Virus record (IMG/VR): IMGVR_UViG_3300042861_002374
Length of the DNA stretch: 58,661 nucleotides
Source: an uncultured virus (IMG/VR IMGVR_UViG_3300042861_002374)
Taxonomy: Varidnaviria > Bamfordvirae
Strand: one strand, 5' to 3'
Shown: positions 1 to 10,756 of the stretch, in pieces
Layout: each line of letters begins with the position of its first letter
Numbering within the stretch: position 1 is the stretch's first letter
Translations under genes and position numbers: made by a program
The notes under the pieces: model-generated
Told to the model about the DNA's origin: nothing
What the model saw: only the letters and a program-made list of their open reading frames with translations
The model's database searches: none

Positions 1-1079
1 TTAATAAAGTCTGGTTTTACCTCAACATCATCCTCTAATATTAACGCATAATCCTCACATGAATTGATAAGTTTTTTCCAACAGTTAAAGTGTGACATAT
101 TGATAGAAATTTCGATAGTAGTCATATCTGCTTTGGCGGAAACAATCTTTTTCTTAATCATTTCACACATTAATGATTGGTTAAATTTATTACCCAAAAC
201 ACAAGGCACACGACAAGCGTTCAAACCTGCTACGCCTGCATATTTCTTAAATTTTTCGTAACGTTTTTTATGCACAGAACAATTAACTACATAAACACCC
301 ATTTTGATGTCAAAGTTATTATAACAACCTCCAGATTTAGAACAAGTTTTTGTATCTTTTTGCATCCAATAATCCGCCTTTTTGATATTCTTTGGTGAAC
401 TTTTCAAACAACATTTTACACATGCTCGTTCTCGAAGTTTATCTGTTGGTTCTGCTGGCTTACGCATTCGATTAGTTAGATTTACTTTAATACTCTCGAC
501 TTCTTTTTCATTTTGATGATCGTACTGTCTGTATGCTATTTTGTTCCAATCTTTTCCATATAATTTATCAAAGTATTTTTGATAATTCTTAGGACCTAAT
601 ACATTAAAATCTCCAAACTCATATTCTACCAAAGGAAAAAGATCTTTTTCATTCCAAACCTCCTTAGGCCATGCATCTCGAGCAGCTTTAAGCGACAAAT
701 AATATTTTCCATCTGGAAACTTTCTAAATGGAAAAACATCCATAAAAGGAAAAGAATAACACTGTTCTTCACCATCTATCACAATTTTCTTTCTGTCCGT
801 GTAAAAAATTTTGTAACCACACCAAACTTTGCAGATACTATATCCACACTTATTCAAATTTGTTTCTAAATCTAAAAATTTTTTAATATCTTTGGATAAA
901 ATACCAATATCCAAGTCGTCATCCCATGGAATAATACCCGTGTGCCGAACAGCTCCTAGCAATGTACCACCATCTGCCCAATATTTTATTCCATTATTTA
1001 CTAATATCTGATGTATATCATACATTAATTGATAAAGAAGCTTTACACTTGATTTGTTTGTTTCTTTTAATTTACTCAT
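1..1079 (-). CDS. LicD-family phosphotransferase fused to GT25 glycosyltransferase (runs off left edge; absent from ORF track)
   Basis: Manual translation from ATG at 1079: YWADGGTLLGAVRHTGIIPWDDDLDIG (LicD/fukutin motif), later SHFNCWKKLI...ALILEDDV (GT25 motifs); no stop before base 1. Confidence 0.88.
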   Translation of the reverse strand, partial: MSKLKETNKSSVKLLYQLMYDIHQILVNNGIKYWADGGTLLGAVRHTGIIPWDDDLDIGILSKDIKKFLDLETNLNKCGYSICKVWCGYKIFYTDRKKIVIDGEEQCYSFPFMDVFPFRKFPDGKYYLSLKAARDAWPKEVWNEKDLFPLVEYEFGDFNVLGPKNYQKYFDKLYGKDWNKIAYRQYDHQNEKEVESIKVNLTNRMRKPAEPTDKLRERACVKCCLKSSPKNIKKADYWMQKDTKTCSKSGGCYNNFDIKMGVYVVNCSVHKKRYEKFKKYAGVAGLNACRVPCVLGNKFNQSLMCEMIKKKIVSAKADMTTIEISINMSHFNCWKKLINSCEDYALILEDDVEVKPDFI

Positions 1080-1139
1080 TTTATTATTATAAAGATAAAA
1101 ATTAACCTTATTTTTTTTATATATTATCAATCGTTAAAA

Positions 1140-3662
1140 ATGAAACTAAATAGTAAACAAAAGCTAATGATAGTATCAGGAGTATTAGCTATATTACTTA
1201 TAACATTGATATTATTTTTAATATTAAAACCTAAACATTCACCAAACACGTGTTCGTGGACATATAGTGATTGGGGTGATTGTGATTCTTCAGGAAACCA
1301 AACACGTAAAACAACAGATTGTAAAAACACGGCTGGAATAGTTTGTGCTGATACTACTAAATGTGGCACCCCTATTCTTTCACAATCATGTACATCACCA
1401 GACACATGTTCATGGACATATAGTGATTGGTCTGTTTGTACAGATGCCACACCTAATCAAACTAGAACAGTAACTTGTCAAAATACATCAGGTACATCAT
1501 GCGATATTTCAAAATGCACCGGTACAAAAGATGATATTAATAGACAATGTGTTCTAAGTTGTTGTGACAAGACACAAAATCCTTGGACTTGTAATCCAGC
1601 ATCATCATCGATTTGTCCAAAAGGTCAAACTCGTACATATGATTGTAGCTCGTGTACTAATATATTTCCAGATAATGTTTATATATTTACACAAACTGAT
1701 GCAAATAACCCCGCTGATATGCAAAATAAAATAAATAACGCGTTTAACGGACCTCCTCCTCAAGGAGGAATTGGTAAACACGAAAATAAGAAAGATAATC
1801 CGGGACAAAACAGCACTACAAATTATGCATTTTTATTTATGCCCGGGACATATAATGTTGATATACCAATAGGATATTATACTCATGTAGCTGGGTTAGG
1901 TCAAACAAACGATCAAGTTACAATGAAAGGAGGTCCTATTGTTGAAAACGGTTCTGATTTGTATTCAATCGGTGCATTAAATAATTTTTGGAGATCATGC
2001 GAAAATATGACAGTAAATCCTACAAAATCAACTTTTCTAACAGGTAATACTATGATATATGCAGTAAGTCAGGCATGTTCTTTAAGATCCGTAAATATAA
2101 ATGGAAATTTATTATTAGCAGAAATGGCTGATGTTACTGATATGGGCTACTCTTCTGGCGGTTTTATGGCTAATTGTAAAATATCTGGGATACTAGATAT
2201 GGGTTCACAACAACAGTTTATTTGTAGAAATACTGAATATGGAACTTTTCCTAATACATCTTGGAATCATGTAAATGTAGGTTGTACATCTACGCAAGGT
2301 GCTAGAAAAGGTTGTTGTATACCTACACCTACTACACCAGTTGCATTTTCACATAATTTAACTGTTGTTGATAATACACCAAGAGTATATGAAAAACCAT
2401 ATTTAGCATGTATAAATCCGACAAATCCAACTGATAGAAATTCTATCACACAATCTATAGTAGTAATGTGTCCTTCACTATTAACAAACTCATCAGGAAC
2501 TAATAATAATATTAATACTAATATACAAATACCAAGTACTAATTATAGAATAGTAAATGAAACTATAACAGGTGCTTTGTTAAATCAAATATTAGCAAAC
2601 ACTGACATTCATTGCATAATATTTTCACCTGGAAGATATAACATAGAGACCCCTATAAAATTATCAAACCAATTGTTATTTGGGTTAGGACTCCCTGTCT
2701 TGACATCAACAAAAGATAATTATATTGTAGTAGGATACGGAAGCATGTGTGGAATAATATTTGATGCTGGTATCGGAGGAAATGGTAAAAATATATTAGT
2801 AAATTTAAATGAGAAATTACCTTCGTATTTGTGGGATATTTATTGTAGAGTTGGAGGAGGAACAAACAATAATGATGTATATTCTATTGATACAATGTTA
2901 TATATTGCAGGTAATAGTAGTATACTAGATAACGTATGGTGTTGGGTTGCTGATCATTATGCAGATGATAATAGTTATGTTGGATGGGTTAAAGCTATAT
3001 GTAATACTGGTGTAAATGTATCTGGAAAAGATGTAATTGCATATGGATTATTTTCTGAACATACTCGTATTAGAAATGTCTATTGGAGTGGTGAGAATGG
3101 ACAAGTATATATGTTTCAATCAGAATTTAATTATTATATACCAACTAAATATGATTTCGTATCATATGAAATTGATCCAACCGTTACAACTCATAAATTA
3201 TATGGTGCTGGTGCTTATAGTTTTTTTGAAAACAAACCAGATGGAGGAGATTTAAACGGACCGATGGTTAGCTCAGGTTTTAAATGGGGTAATAAAACTG
3301 CTGTTGATTACCAAAATTTGGTAACTGTATTTTTGAATGGTTATGGTGGTATTAGTCGTGTTTTTAATACTACTGGTGGTATTCCTGTACAATATAAGGA
3401 AGATGATAAAGGTGATCCAGTAGGTACACAAATAGCTATTGTTTGTAAAAACAATACAGGCTCATGTACTTGTTATCCTAGCTGTACAGGAACAAACACA
3501 TGTGATGTAACCAGATTAAGATGTAAACCACCTAAAGGGTGTGAGAACCCTACACCTTGTGGTGATCCTGTAAATAAATGGCTTTGTCCCCCAGGTATAG
3601 GTTGTTATTCTGAAGACGATGCGAAAAATCAATGTGGAACTAATGCTTGTCTGTCATGGTAA
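1140..3662 (+). CDS. Membrane-anchored GH55-like exo-beta-1,3-glucanase with N-terminal TSP1-like repeats and Cys-rich C-terminus
   Basis: N-terminal TM helix; two CSWTYSDW repeats; YAFLFMPGTY, GYYTHVAGLG, NNFWRSCEN, AVSQA, SGGFMA, SQQQ, GLFSEH, FQSE match bacterial GH55 motifs. Confidence 0.8.
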   Translation: MKLNSKQKLMIVSGVLAILLITLILFLILKPKHSPNTCSWTYSDWGDCDSSGNQTRKTTDCKNTAGIVCADTTKCGTPILSQSCTSPDTCSWTYSDWSVCTDATPNQTRTVTCQNTSGTSCDISKCTGTKDDINRQCVLSCCDKTQNPWTCNPASSSICPKGQTRTYDCSSCTNIFPDNVYIFTQTDANNPADMQNKINNAFNGPPPQGGIGKHENKKDNPGQNSTTNYAFLFMPGTYNVDIPIGYYTHVAGLGQTNDQVTMKGGPIVENGSDLYSIGALNNFWRSCENMTVNPTKSTFLTGNTMIYAVSQACSLRSVNINGNLLLAEMADVTDMGYSSGGFMANCKISGILDMGSQQQFICRNTEYGTFPNTSWNHVNVGCTSTQGARKGCCIPTPTTPVAFSHNLTVVDNTPRVYEKPYLACINPTNPTDRNSITQSIVVMCPSLLTNSSGTNNNINTNIQIPSTNYRIVNETITGALLNQILANTDIHCIIFSPGRYNIETPIKLSNQLLFGLGLPVLTSTKDNYIVVGYGSMCGIIFDAGIGGNGKNILVNLNEKLPSYLWDIYCRVGGGTNNNDVYSIDTMLYIAGNSSILDNVWCWVADHYADDNSYVGWVKAICNTGVNVSGKDVIAYGLFSEHTRIRNVYWSGENGQVYMFQSEFNYYIPTKYDFVSYEIDPTVTTHKLYGAGAYSFFENKPDGGDLNGPMVSSGFKWGNKTAVDYQNLVTVFLNGYGGISRVFNTTGGIPVQYKEDDKGDPVGTQIAIVCKNNTGSCTCYPSCTGTNTCDVTRLRCKPPKGCENPTPCGDPVNKWLCPPGIGCYSEDDAKNQCGTNACLSW

Positions 3663-3708
3663 TAAATTAGAATTGATTTTAATCTAAATGTAAATTTAAT
3701 TATTGTAA

Positions 3709-5520
3709 ATGAAGAGAACTTCAAGCTGTGTCGCTAGTAATACCAGATCTAAACGACCAAGACTAACACAACAAGAATTACCACATAAATTTAAAAAACC
3801 AAAACAGGTAAAAAAAAATATAGAAATGGTATCTGCAAGTCATTTATATAATTATATGATGCAAGACCCTTTAGTTGACTGGCTAAAGCTTAGTACTCGT
3901 CGTGCAACTCATAAAACAACTTCTTACACACATGTGAATGGGTTTACTGAGTTTATTATGAATCGGGGTATTGAATTTGAAAGCGAATTGATAAAATATA
4001 TTAATTTGAATAAAATTCCGGTAATAAGTGTTTCATCATTCATTACAGACGAAACTGTTCTTAAAACAAAAGAATTAATGTTTCAAGGAGTTCCTCTTAT
4101 ACATTCTGCACCAGTCAGAAATTATCACACATGTACACAAGGTGTTATTGATATTTTGATACGAAGCGATTTTTTGGATAAATTGGTTGATGAACCACCT
4201 TTAAATAACACCGAAAGTAAAATTAGTGCACCAAAACTTGGTAAGTCATATCATTATGTAGTAATTGATGTAAAGTTTTCATCATTGCCTTTGCGTGCAG
4301 ATGGAATTCACCTTTTAAATTCTGGAAGTTATCCAGCTTACAAGGCACAATGCTTAGTTTATACGCAAGCGGTTGGCTTAATTCAAGGATTTACAGCACC
4401 ACATTCATTTATTATGGGCAGAAGATGGAAGTTTAACAAAGCAGGTGTAATAAATAATAACCAGACATGTCTTAACCGTCTAGGAAAGATCTCATATAAT
4501 TCGGTAGATCTAGATTACAAACGTCGCACACGTGACGCAATAAAATGGATAAGAGACGTTAGAACTAAAGGGCATAATTGGTCTGTATATCCACCTACTA
4601 GATTAGAATTATATCCAAATATGTGTGTTGATTCTGGTGAATGGAATAGCGAGAAAGAAAAAATAGCTGATTCTATCGGAGAAATGACAAATATCTGGTA
4701 TGTTGGTATAAAAGAAAGAAATTTTGCTATCAAAAATGGGGTTAATACGTGGAGAGATATGAATTGTACTACAAAAAACATGAATATACATGGTATTCGA
4801 GCTCCTGTTATAGATGCTATTTTGGATATCAATAGACAAAACATAGATAAAATACGTCCTTCTTTAATCAAAAATAATATGTATAACTGGAAAACAGAAT
4901 CAAATGAGTTATATGTAGATTTTGAAACTCTGACTGATATTTTTGCTGATTTTTCATCACTTCCTGTTCAGTCTAGAACAGATATGATTTTTATGATTGG
5001 TGTTGGATGGTCTGATAATGGTATTTGGAACTATAAGAACTTTACATGCGCAAATACAACATATGAAGAAGAATATCGGATTATGGATGAATTTATGGAA
5101 TTTATTCAAGAACGTGGACAACCTAAACTTTATTATTGGCACGCTGAGTCAAATTTTTGGAATTCTGCACAATCCAGACAGTATGAATTAAAGAAAAATC
5201 ATATATGTGACAAATGGAAGATAAATAATTGGGCTGATTTGTGCAAAATGTTTAAATCAGAACCAATAGTTATCAAAGATTGTTTTAAATTTGGTCTTAA
5301 GCCAATCGCAGCTGCAATGAGAAAACATGGTATGATATCTGTACGTAATGATAGCAAATGTAATAATGGTATATCTGCAATGATTGACGCATGGAAAACT
5401 TACTCAAACTCAGATAATCCACAAAATTCTGATACAATGAAAGACATTATCAAGTATAATGAATTTGATTGTAAAGTACTCTATGAAATACTAACTTTTC
5501 TTAGAAAAAATATGTGTTAA
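3709..5520 (+). CDS. TM0106-like protein: RecB/PD-(D/E)XK nuclease plus C-terminal YprB/RNase H-like domain
   Basis: GVIDILIRSD...VIDVK and QCLVY; YVDFET...MIG...DL...FGLK...YNEFDC. Confidence 0.75.
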   Translation: MKRTSSCVASNTRSKRPRLTQQELPHKFKKPKQVKKNIEMVSASHLYNYMMQDPLVDWLKLSTRRATHKTTSYTHVNGFTEFIMNRGIEFESELIKYINLNKIPVISVSSFITDETVLKTKELMFQGVPLIHSAPVRNYHTCTQGVIDILIRSDFLDKLVDEPPLNNTESKISAPKLGKSYHYVVIDVKFSSLPLRADGIHLLNSGSYPAYKAQCLVYTQAVGLIQGFTAPHSFIMGRRWKFNKAGVINNNQTCLNRLGKISYNSVDLDYKRRTRDAIKWIRDVRTKGHNWSVYPPTRLELYPNMCVDSGEWNSEKEKIADSIGEMTNIWYVGIKERNFAIKNGVNTWRDMNCTTKNMNIHGIRAPVIDAILDINRQNIDKIRPSLIKNNMYNWKTESNELYVDFETLTDIFADFSSLPVQSRTDMIFMIGVGWSDNGIWNYKNFTCANTTYEEEYRIMDEFMEFIQERGQPKLYYWHAESNFWNSAQSRQYELKKNHICDKWKINNWADLCKMFKSEPIVIKDCFKFGLKPIAAAMRKHGMISVRNDSKCNNGISAMIDAWKTYSNSDNPQNSDTMKDIIKYNEFDCKVLYEILTFLRKNMC

Positions 5521-5722
5521 GAATATTAGATTTTTGAGTTCTTCGGTACCCTCCTAAATAAAAAGAATCGTAAAATAAAAGCGGATTATCTTTTATTTTA
5601 TTCATTCTCTTAACTTTCAATCTGTCTTGTTCTATCTGTATTAAATATAAAATAGAAAAGTTTCGACTTGAAAGGGAACCCCTCTTCATTGTATAAATAC
5701 AAAGACAATATAGAAAAAATTT

Positions 5723-6646
5723 TTATTCCAACCACTTTCGTTCCGAAGGATCTGCTAACTTGAACTTTCTAAGAAAGTTAAAAAGTGATAATAAAAAAAA
5801 TTTTACTTTAGTTGAAATTGACGCTCCTTCTATACGTGACACCATTCCTTCACCATCATTAAACTGATCATTTGATGCTCCATATATACGTGACAATAAC
5901 ATGTCATAATTATTATATAGTAGACGATTTGGTGCACGAATACTTACTAAATTTATACGTATGCTTTTTTCAATATTAATTTCTTCTGGAACCCAAGTTT
6001 CTATTTTATTTCCTTGAAAATCTATATATGTATCTGCATTTTCAAGAAGTTTAAATGTTACGTTAAGTCTTTCTTCTGTTGGTTTTGTATGTTCTAAGTA
6101 TGCAAATATAGCGATTGTTATATATTGTGCTCTTGTAAAAGTTGAATCTAATGGATTTATTTTATAACCTAACATTTTTGAAACAGTTGATGTAGTCCAT
6201 GTTCCTATTGGTGAAATTGTTACAGATTTAATAAATTCTAAAAGACTATTTGTACCATTTTCCATTTCGATTATCTCGTCATAAAAGCTTGTAAACCCAT
6301 CACGATTGTGAGAATCAAACATACTAAGAACTTGTTTTGTCTTTTTTATGATTAATTCTTCATTTTCGTCTTCGAATAAAGAATGTAGTTGAAAACATGC
6401 ACAAGAAATCGAAATTAGTCTTGTTAGATAACATGAAGAAACGTTAAATGTTGGAACATTTTCATTTTCTTCATTATATTCATAATTCAAGTAAGAATTT
6501 AATCGACGTGACCATGTTTTCAAATAGGGAAGTGCATCTGTTGGTATTTTTATCTGTCCATCGAGAGTATTAATTTTTATATATTGTGAACTTGAGTCTG
6601 TTACCTTTGGAGAGTATTTATAATATAATTTTTTCTTATCTTTCAT
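5723..6646 (-). CDS. Hypothetical protein
   Basis: 307-aa ORF, no recognised motif. Confidence 0.7.
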   Translation of the reverse strand: MKDKKKLYYKYSPKVTDSSSQYIKINTLDGQIKIPTDALPYLKTWSRRLNSYLNYEYNEENENVPTFNVSSCYLTRLISISCACFQLHSLFEDENEELIIKKTKQVLSMFDSHNRDGFTSFYDEIIEMENGTNSLLEFIKSVTISPIGTWTTSTVSKMLGYKINPLDSTFTRAQYITIAIFAYLEHTKPTEERLNVTFKLLENADTYIDFQGNKIETWVPEEINIEKSIRINLVSIRAPNRLLYNNYDMLLSRIYGASNDQFNDGEGMVSRIEGASISTKVKFFLLSLFNFLRKFKLADPSERKWLE

Positions 6647-6716
6647 TTTATATTATAAATTTATAATATAAAATCATTGTTAAATTTTTCAATCCTAATA
6701 TTACTATATGTAGGAT

Positions 6717-6918
6717 AAACATTTTCTTTAAATACGTAATTCAAAAAGTCCGAGGAAAAGGAGAAAAAAAATCCAAAGGAAATTTTGTATAAATTTCTTA
6801 AAATATTAGAAATGAAAAAGGAAAACCTTTTTTGCTCCTCCGACTTTTTGAAAAACCTGATAAAAAGTCATTTTAATCAGAGAAAGTACCACTTTTTCTT
6901 CAATTCTAAATTTATCAG
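6717..6918 (+). repeat. ORF-less copy (A) of the palindromic leader found upstream of the zinc-finger genes
   Basis: Aligns with 8008-8314 apart from a ~69-nt deletion; inverted arms 6740-6756/6836-6852 (17 bp, 1 mismatch). Confidence 0.9.
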
Positions 6919-7129
6919 TAAAAATTTGTTTTCATTTCTTTTAATGAATTAAAAATCATGTCTGTTAAAGAAAAACGAACCAATATTTTTTACAAATGTT
7001 CAGTCATACGCCTTATACTTAGTTTTAAATAAAAAAAAGAAACCTAATTTGAGCGTATATCTAGTGTACTTCGATTTTTAAACTCTACATGATAAATATG
7101 AAAAGATAATGAATAACAAAAAAATATTT

Positions 7130-7777
7130 TCATTTGTTATAGGAATAAATTAGATGAGGAAAATACTCGGGTATTCTTATTATTTTTTCAGGTAATAACT
7201 TTATTTTATTTTCATCATCATATTTTTTAGCTTCGTTTAAGATATCAGCAATGTTTACATCATCTACTACCAAAAAAGCTCCATTTTTTGCTAAATTATA
7301 GCAATTTTTCATATCTGCTTGAATACCTTCAAGAGCATGCCATCCGTCTATATGATATAGACCTATAGTATCACCCAAACTTTTATCTAATGCTGGAACA
7401 ATTTGTAAAGAATCGCCTTTATATAGAATAACTCTATTGTTAAACATTTTATTTAGGAAGTCTACACATGGTTGAACGTAAGAATGAATACATATATCTA
7501 TAGCATGTATCTTAACATTTGGATTTGCTAAGAGAAAAATAACACATGAATTACCAGCATTAAAACCTATTTCTAGAATATCTTTATCACATTCTTTTGC
7601 AAGATAAAATAAATTTATCATTTTAGCCTTCATAAATTCCCTTGTATCAATGCCATTATATGTGTAAACATTACCTTCTAAACCATCGTGTTCTGCTTTA
7701 TTTTCAATAGAGATCTGTTTTAAAGTTTCATGAAAATACATTAAAGAAGATTCTATTTTCTCAAATTCTGTTGTCAT
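7130..7777 (-). CDS. Class I SAM-dependent methyltransferase (Methyltransf_24-like)
   Basis: ILEIGFNAGNS, GDS, HIDGWH, LVVDD motifs. Confidence 0.85.
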   Translation of the reverse strand: MTTEFEKIESSLMYFHETLKQISIENKAEHDGLEGNVYTYNGIDTREFMKAKMINLFYLAKECDKDILEIGFNAGNSCVIFLLANPNVKIHAIDICIHSYVQPCVDFLNKMFNNRVILYKGDSLQIVPALDKSLGDTIGLYHIDGWHALEGIQADMKNCYNLAKNGAFLVVDDVNIADILNEAKKYDDENKIKLLPEKIIRIPEYFPHLIYSYNK

Positions 7778-8354
7778 TTATAATAAAAAAAATAACCTAT
7801 AAGCTTGTTTTATAAATCATCATTCTATTTTTATGGAGGAGTTTACAAAAATTTTAATCGGTAATATGAGAATATATTTATCAAGAATAATAGGTTACAA
7901 TATATCAAAAATACAAAGTTAGTTATATAATTTATAATTATATAATCATCATACGCACTAAAAAGCTTCTTACTTAATTGACACTTTCTTTTTAGATTTA
8001 ATTATCAAAACATTTTCTTTAGATACCTAATTAAAAAAGGCGGAGGAGGAGGAGGAGAAAAAAATCCAAATCCAAAGGAAATTTTGTAATAATTTTTGAA
8101 AATATTGAGAAAGAAAATGAAAAAGGAAAATCTTTTTTTGCTCCTCCGACTTTTTGAAAAACCGGAGAAAAAACGAGTTTTTCAAAATCGGGCTCTAGAA
8201 TTAAAATGGATATATATATATTTTCATTTTCCTGGTAAAAAGTCATTTTAATCAGAGAAAGTACCAATTTTTCTTCAATTTTTCTTCAATTTTCTTCAAT
8301 TTTAAATTTATCAGAAAAAAAGTCATAATTTATCAAAAGAAAATGATTTTCATT

Positions 8355-8490
8355 CAAAAAAAATGAAATGAAACTAATTTTCTTCATTTTTTTGATGAAA
8401 TAAAAATGAAATGAAACTAATTTTCTTCATTTTTTTGATGAAAAAAAAACAAATGAAATGACTTTTTCTTCAATTTTTTGATGAAAAAAA
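8355..8490. repeat. About 3 tandem copies of a ~42-45-bp AT-rich unit
   Basis: AAATGAAATGAAACTAATTTTCTTCATTTTTTTGATGAAA twice plus a diverged third copy; also (AATTTTTCTTC)x3 near 8266-8300. Confidence 0.85.
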
Positions 8491-8556
8491 GTATTTCTAT
8501 TATATCAGAAAAAAGTAACGTTTCATCAAACAAAATAATTTTTCATTTAAAAATAA

Positions 8557-10077
8557 ATGAAAATAAATGAAAAGAAGCAAATGGAGTGTCATTTTTGCAA
8601 TAATATATTCGCAAATACTCAAATGCTACGTCAACATCAGAAAAAAACTAAATATTGTCTCAAAATTCAACAGAATAGTATTGAATCTGTTTTTGGAAAT
8701 ACTAACATAGATGAAACAAAAAACCAATATCTCATTAAAAGACTAGCTCAAGCGGAAGCTAAAGTAAAAGAAATAGAAGAGAATAAAGCTAAAGAAGAAG
8801 AACTCGCTTTAAAACACAAGGCGAAAGAATTAACTTGTCATTTTTGCAATAATGAGTTTAAAACCAAATATCTGTTAAATACTCATAAAAAACAAGCAAA
8901 ATATTGCCTCAAGATACAAGAATCTCAAAATTCTGAAGAAATTATAACATCTTTTATTACTTGTAAATATTGTAATAAGAACTTTTCAACTGGAAATTTT
9001 AGTAGACATGATTCATCATGTAAGAAAAAAATTAAATCTCTTACAGAAGAAATTTCTAAATTAAAAGATGAAAAAGTTGAGATATATAAGGCAGTGGCCG
9101 AACGGGCTCAGGCTACAATTGAGGAAATAGCAAAAAAACCCACTTATCATAAAACAAGTACAAAAAATATTCAAAATAATATAATTGCTAATTTAACACC
9201 TCTTGACTTATCACAGACTCGTGTCGCGTTTGCCATAGCTGAGAAATACACAAAAAGTGATTTTTATCAAGGTCAAAAAGGTGTAGCTCAGATTGTACAT
9301 AAACATCTTCTTACAGACATGTCAGGTAAATCTCAAATAGTTTGCACAGATGCCAAACAAGGTGCATTTCATCACAAATCTCTAGATGGTGAACAGGTGA
9401 TTGATTATGATAACGCTCATCTCATAAAATCAGTTCATGATCCAATCAAAAAGAAGGCAGGTGAGATTGCTGCTGTAGAAATAACAAAAAATCCTATGTT
9501 GATGGCGGAAATAACAAAGAATTCATTTTCTATATCAGAATTAGATCAAAAACCAGGAGTGTTTAACAGAAGAATGGCTCAGTTGACAGGAAAAAATTGT
9601 GCCAGATTAGTTTCAGCACCAGAACTTAAACTTGAAGAAATTTTTCCTATTACAGAAGAATTTCTAATAGAAAATATTAAATTTCTTACTATAGAACATA
9701 TAGTAAAAGGTCCAGAGGGATATGCTGATTATTTCATAAAATATGTTCTAAAAGATCGAATAATAGTAGTAGATTATTTAAATCCATTAGTAAAATTCAA
9801 GGATGGACTCGGTGAAACAATAATTGACTATGGAGCAGATATCTTAACAAAGCTTATTTTTAATTCTATTAGAGATAGAAATAAAGAGTTGATAATTGAA
9901 TATTGCACGTGCTTGAATGATAATTTTGCAGACAATGGAGAAGAGATAGTAAAACTTCTAGATTATAGAGTTGCTGTTGAAAAATGTGCAGATGGAAATT
10001 ATGTTGGAGATGAGGATTTCGACTTTAGAGCTGATTTTCTACTATTTTTATTGCAAAAATTTAAATCAAATCTTTAA
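8557..10077 (+). CDS. Zinc-finger protein of an NCLDV multicopy family
   Basis: Three CxxC...HxxxxxxC/HxxxC fingers, coiled coil, NIQNN..LTPLDLS, QKG..IVCTD domain, then a second related domain. Confidence 0.85.
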   Translation: MKINEKKQMECHFCNNIFANTQMLRQHQKKTKYCLKIQQNSIESVFGNTNIDETKNQYLIKRLAQAEAKVKEIEENKAKEEELALKHKAKELTCHFCNNEFKTKYLLNTHKKQAKYCLKIQESQNSEEIITSFITCKYCNKNFSTGNFSRHDSSCKKKIKSLTEEISKLKDEKVEIYKAVAERAQATIEEIAKKPTYHKTSTKNIQNNIIANLTPLDLSQTRVAFAIAEKYTKSDFYQGQKGVAQIVHKHLLTDMSGKSQIVCTDAKQGAFHHKSLDGEQVIDYDNAHLIKSVHDPIKKKAGEIAAVEITKNPMLMAEITKNSFSISELDQKPGVFNRRMAQLTGKNCARLVSAPELKLEEIFPITEEFLIENIKFLTIEHIVKGPEGYADYFIKYVLKDRIIVVDYLNPLVKFKDGLGETIIDYGADILTKLIFNSIRDRNKELIIEYCTCLNDNFADNGEEIVKLLDYRVAVEKCADGNYVGDEDFDFRADFLLFLLQKFKSNL

Positions 10078-10681
10078 CTGCACGATTGAATGTTGCAACA
10101 CGCCCAAGTGCAATAATTGGTATAATTAAAAGTCTTGTTGTGTGATCAGGAACAACTGCAATAATTCCTATACCAAGTAAAAGCCCAATACTACTTCCTA
10201 GTGTATTAATGACTGATATTTTCGAATATATTTCTCCGACATTTCCATCCACTGCGAGATTTTGTATACATTTAGCATTAATAGCTCCGAAACCAATGAA
10301 AGAAACATTAATAAAAATGTTTGATGCACCAGCTATAGGTAAAAAATATTCTGGTGTCATGGGTGTCGCACATAAAGAAAAGTAAGCAAATTGTTGCAAA
10401 ATATTGGTATAAAACAAAAATTTGAGTGGGTTTTTATCAGCTTTCTTACCCATTTTAGCCATATACAGTAAACCTCCAAATTGTCCTATAATATCTTTGC
10501 CAATATAATTCGCAGTTCTAACAGTCTCAGAACAAGTATCAATAGCGTTAAACATGCTATGTGTTGACATAGCGCTTTCAGCGGATACTAAAACATTTGA
10601 GATAAATGACCATCCAACATATTGTGTGTATTTTGGATGTATTTTTCCTGTAGGAAAAAATAGAGAACGAAAGTTGTTCAT
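10061..10681 (-). CDS. RUS1/DUF647-family membrane protein
   Basis: FFPTG..HPKYTQYVGW, STHSM, NYIGKDIIGQFGGL, GNVGEI; several TM segments. Confidence 0.75.
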   Translation of the reverse strand: MNNFRSLFFPTGKIHPKYTQYVGWSFISNVLVSAESAMSTHSMFNAIDTCSETVRTANYIGKDIIGQFGGLLYMAKMGKKADKNPLKFLFYTNILQQFAYFSLCATPMTPEYFLPIAGASNIFINVSFIGFGAINAKCIQNLAVDGNVGEIYSKISVINTLGSSIGLLLGIGIIAVVPDHTTRLLIIPIIALGRVATFNRAVKDLI

Positions 10682-10756
10682 TTTCTAAACTCTACAAAAG
10701 TTAATATAATAACTCAAATGTAAAAATCAAATCACAATTTATTTCCAAATATAAAT

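Larger units (their letters stand above)
8008..10077 (+). mobile_element. Putative MIGE-like element, copy B (structured leader + zinc-finger ORF)
   Basis: Leader homologous to 6717-6918 and 55094-55322; ORF paralogous to 55437-56471; mobility is inferred. Confidence 0.55.

Noticed and set aside
3709..5520. Cas4 or MIMIVIRE-type defence nuclease
   Set aside because: No Cas4 four-Cys cluster; the architecture fits TM0106/YprB proteins
8031..8267. 78-aa minus-strand ORF
   Set aside because: Lies wholly within the low-complexity non-coding leader and is not conserved in the other copies
8355..8490. Repeats as a CRISPR-like array
   Set aside because: Units are contiguous with no unique spacers; no cas genes in the window
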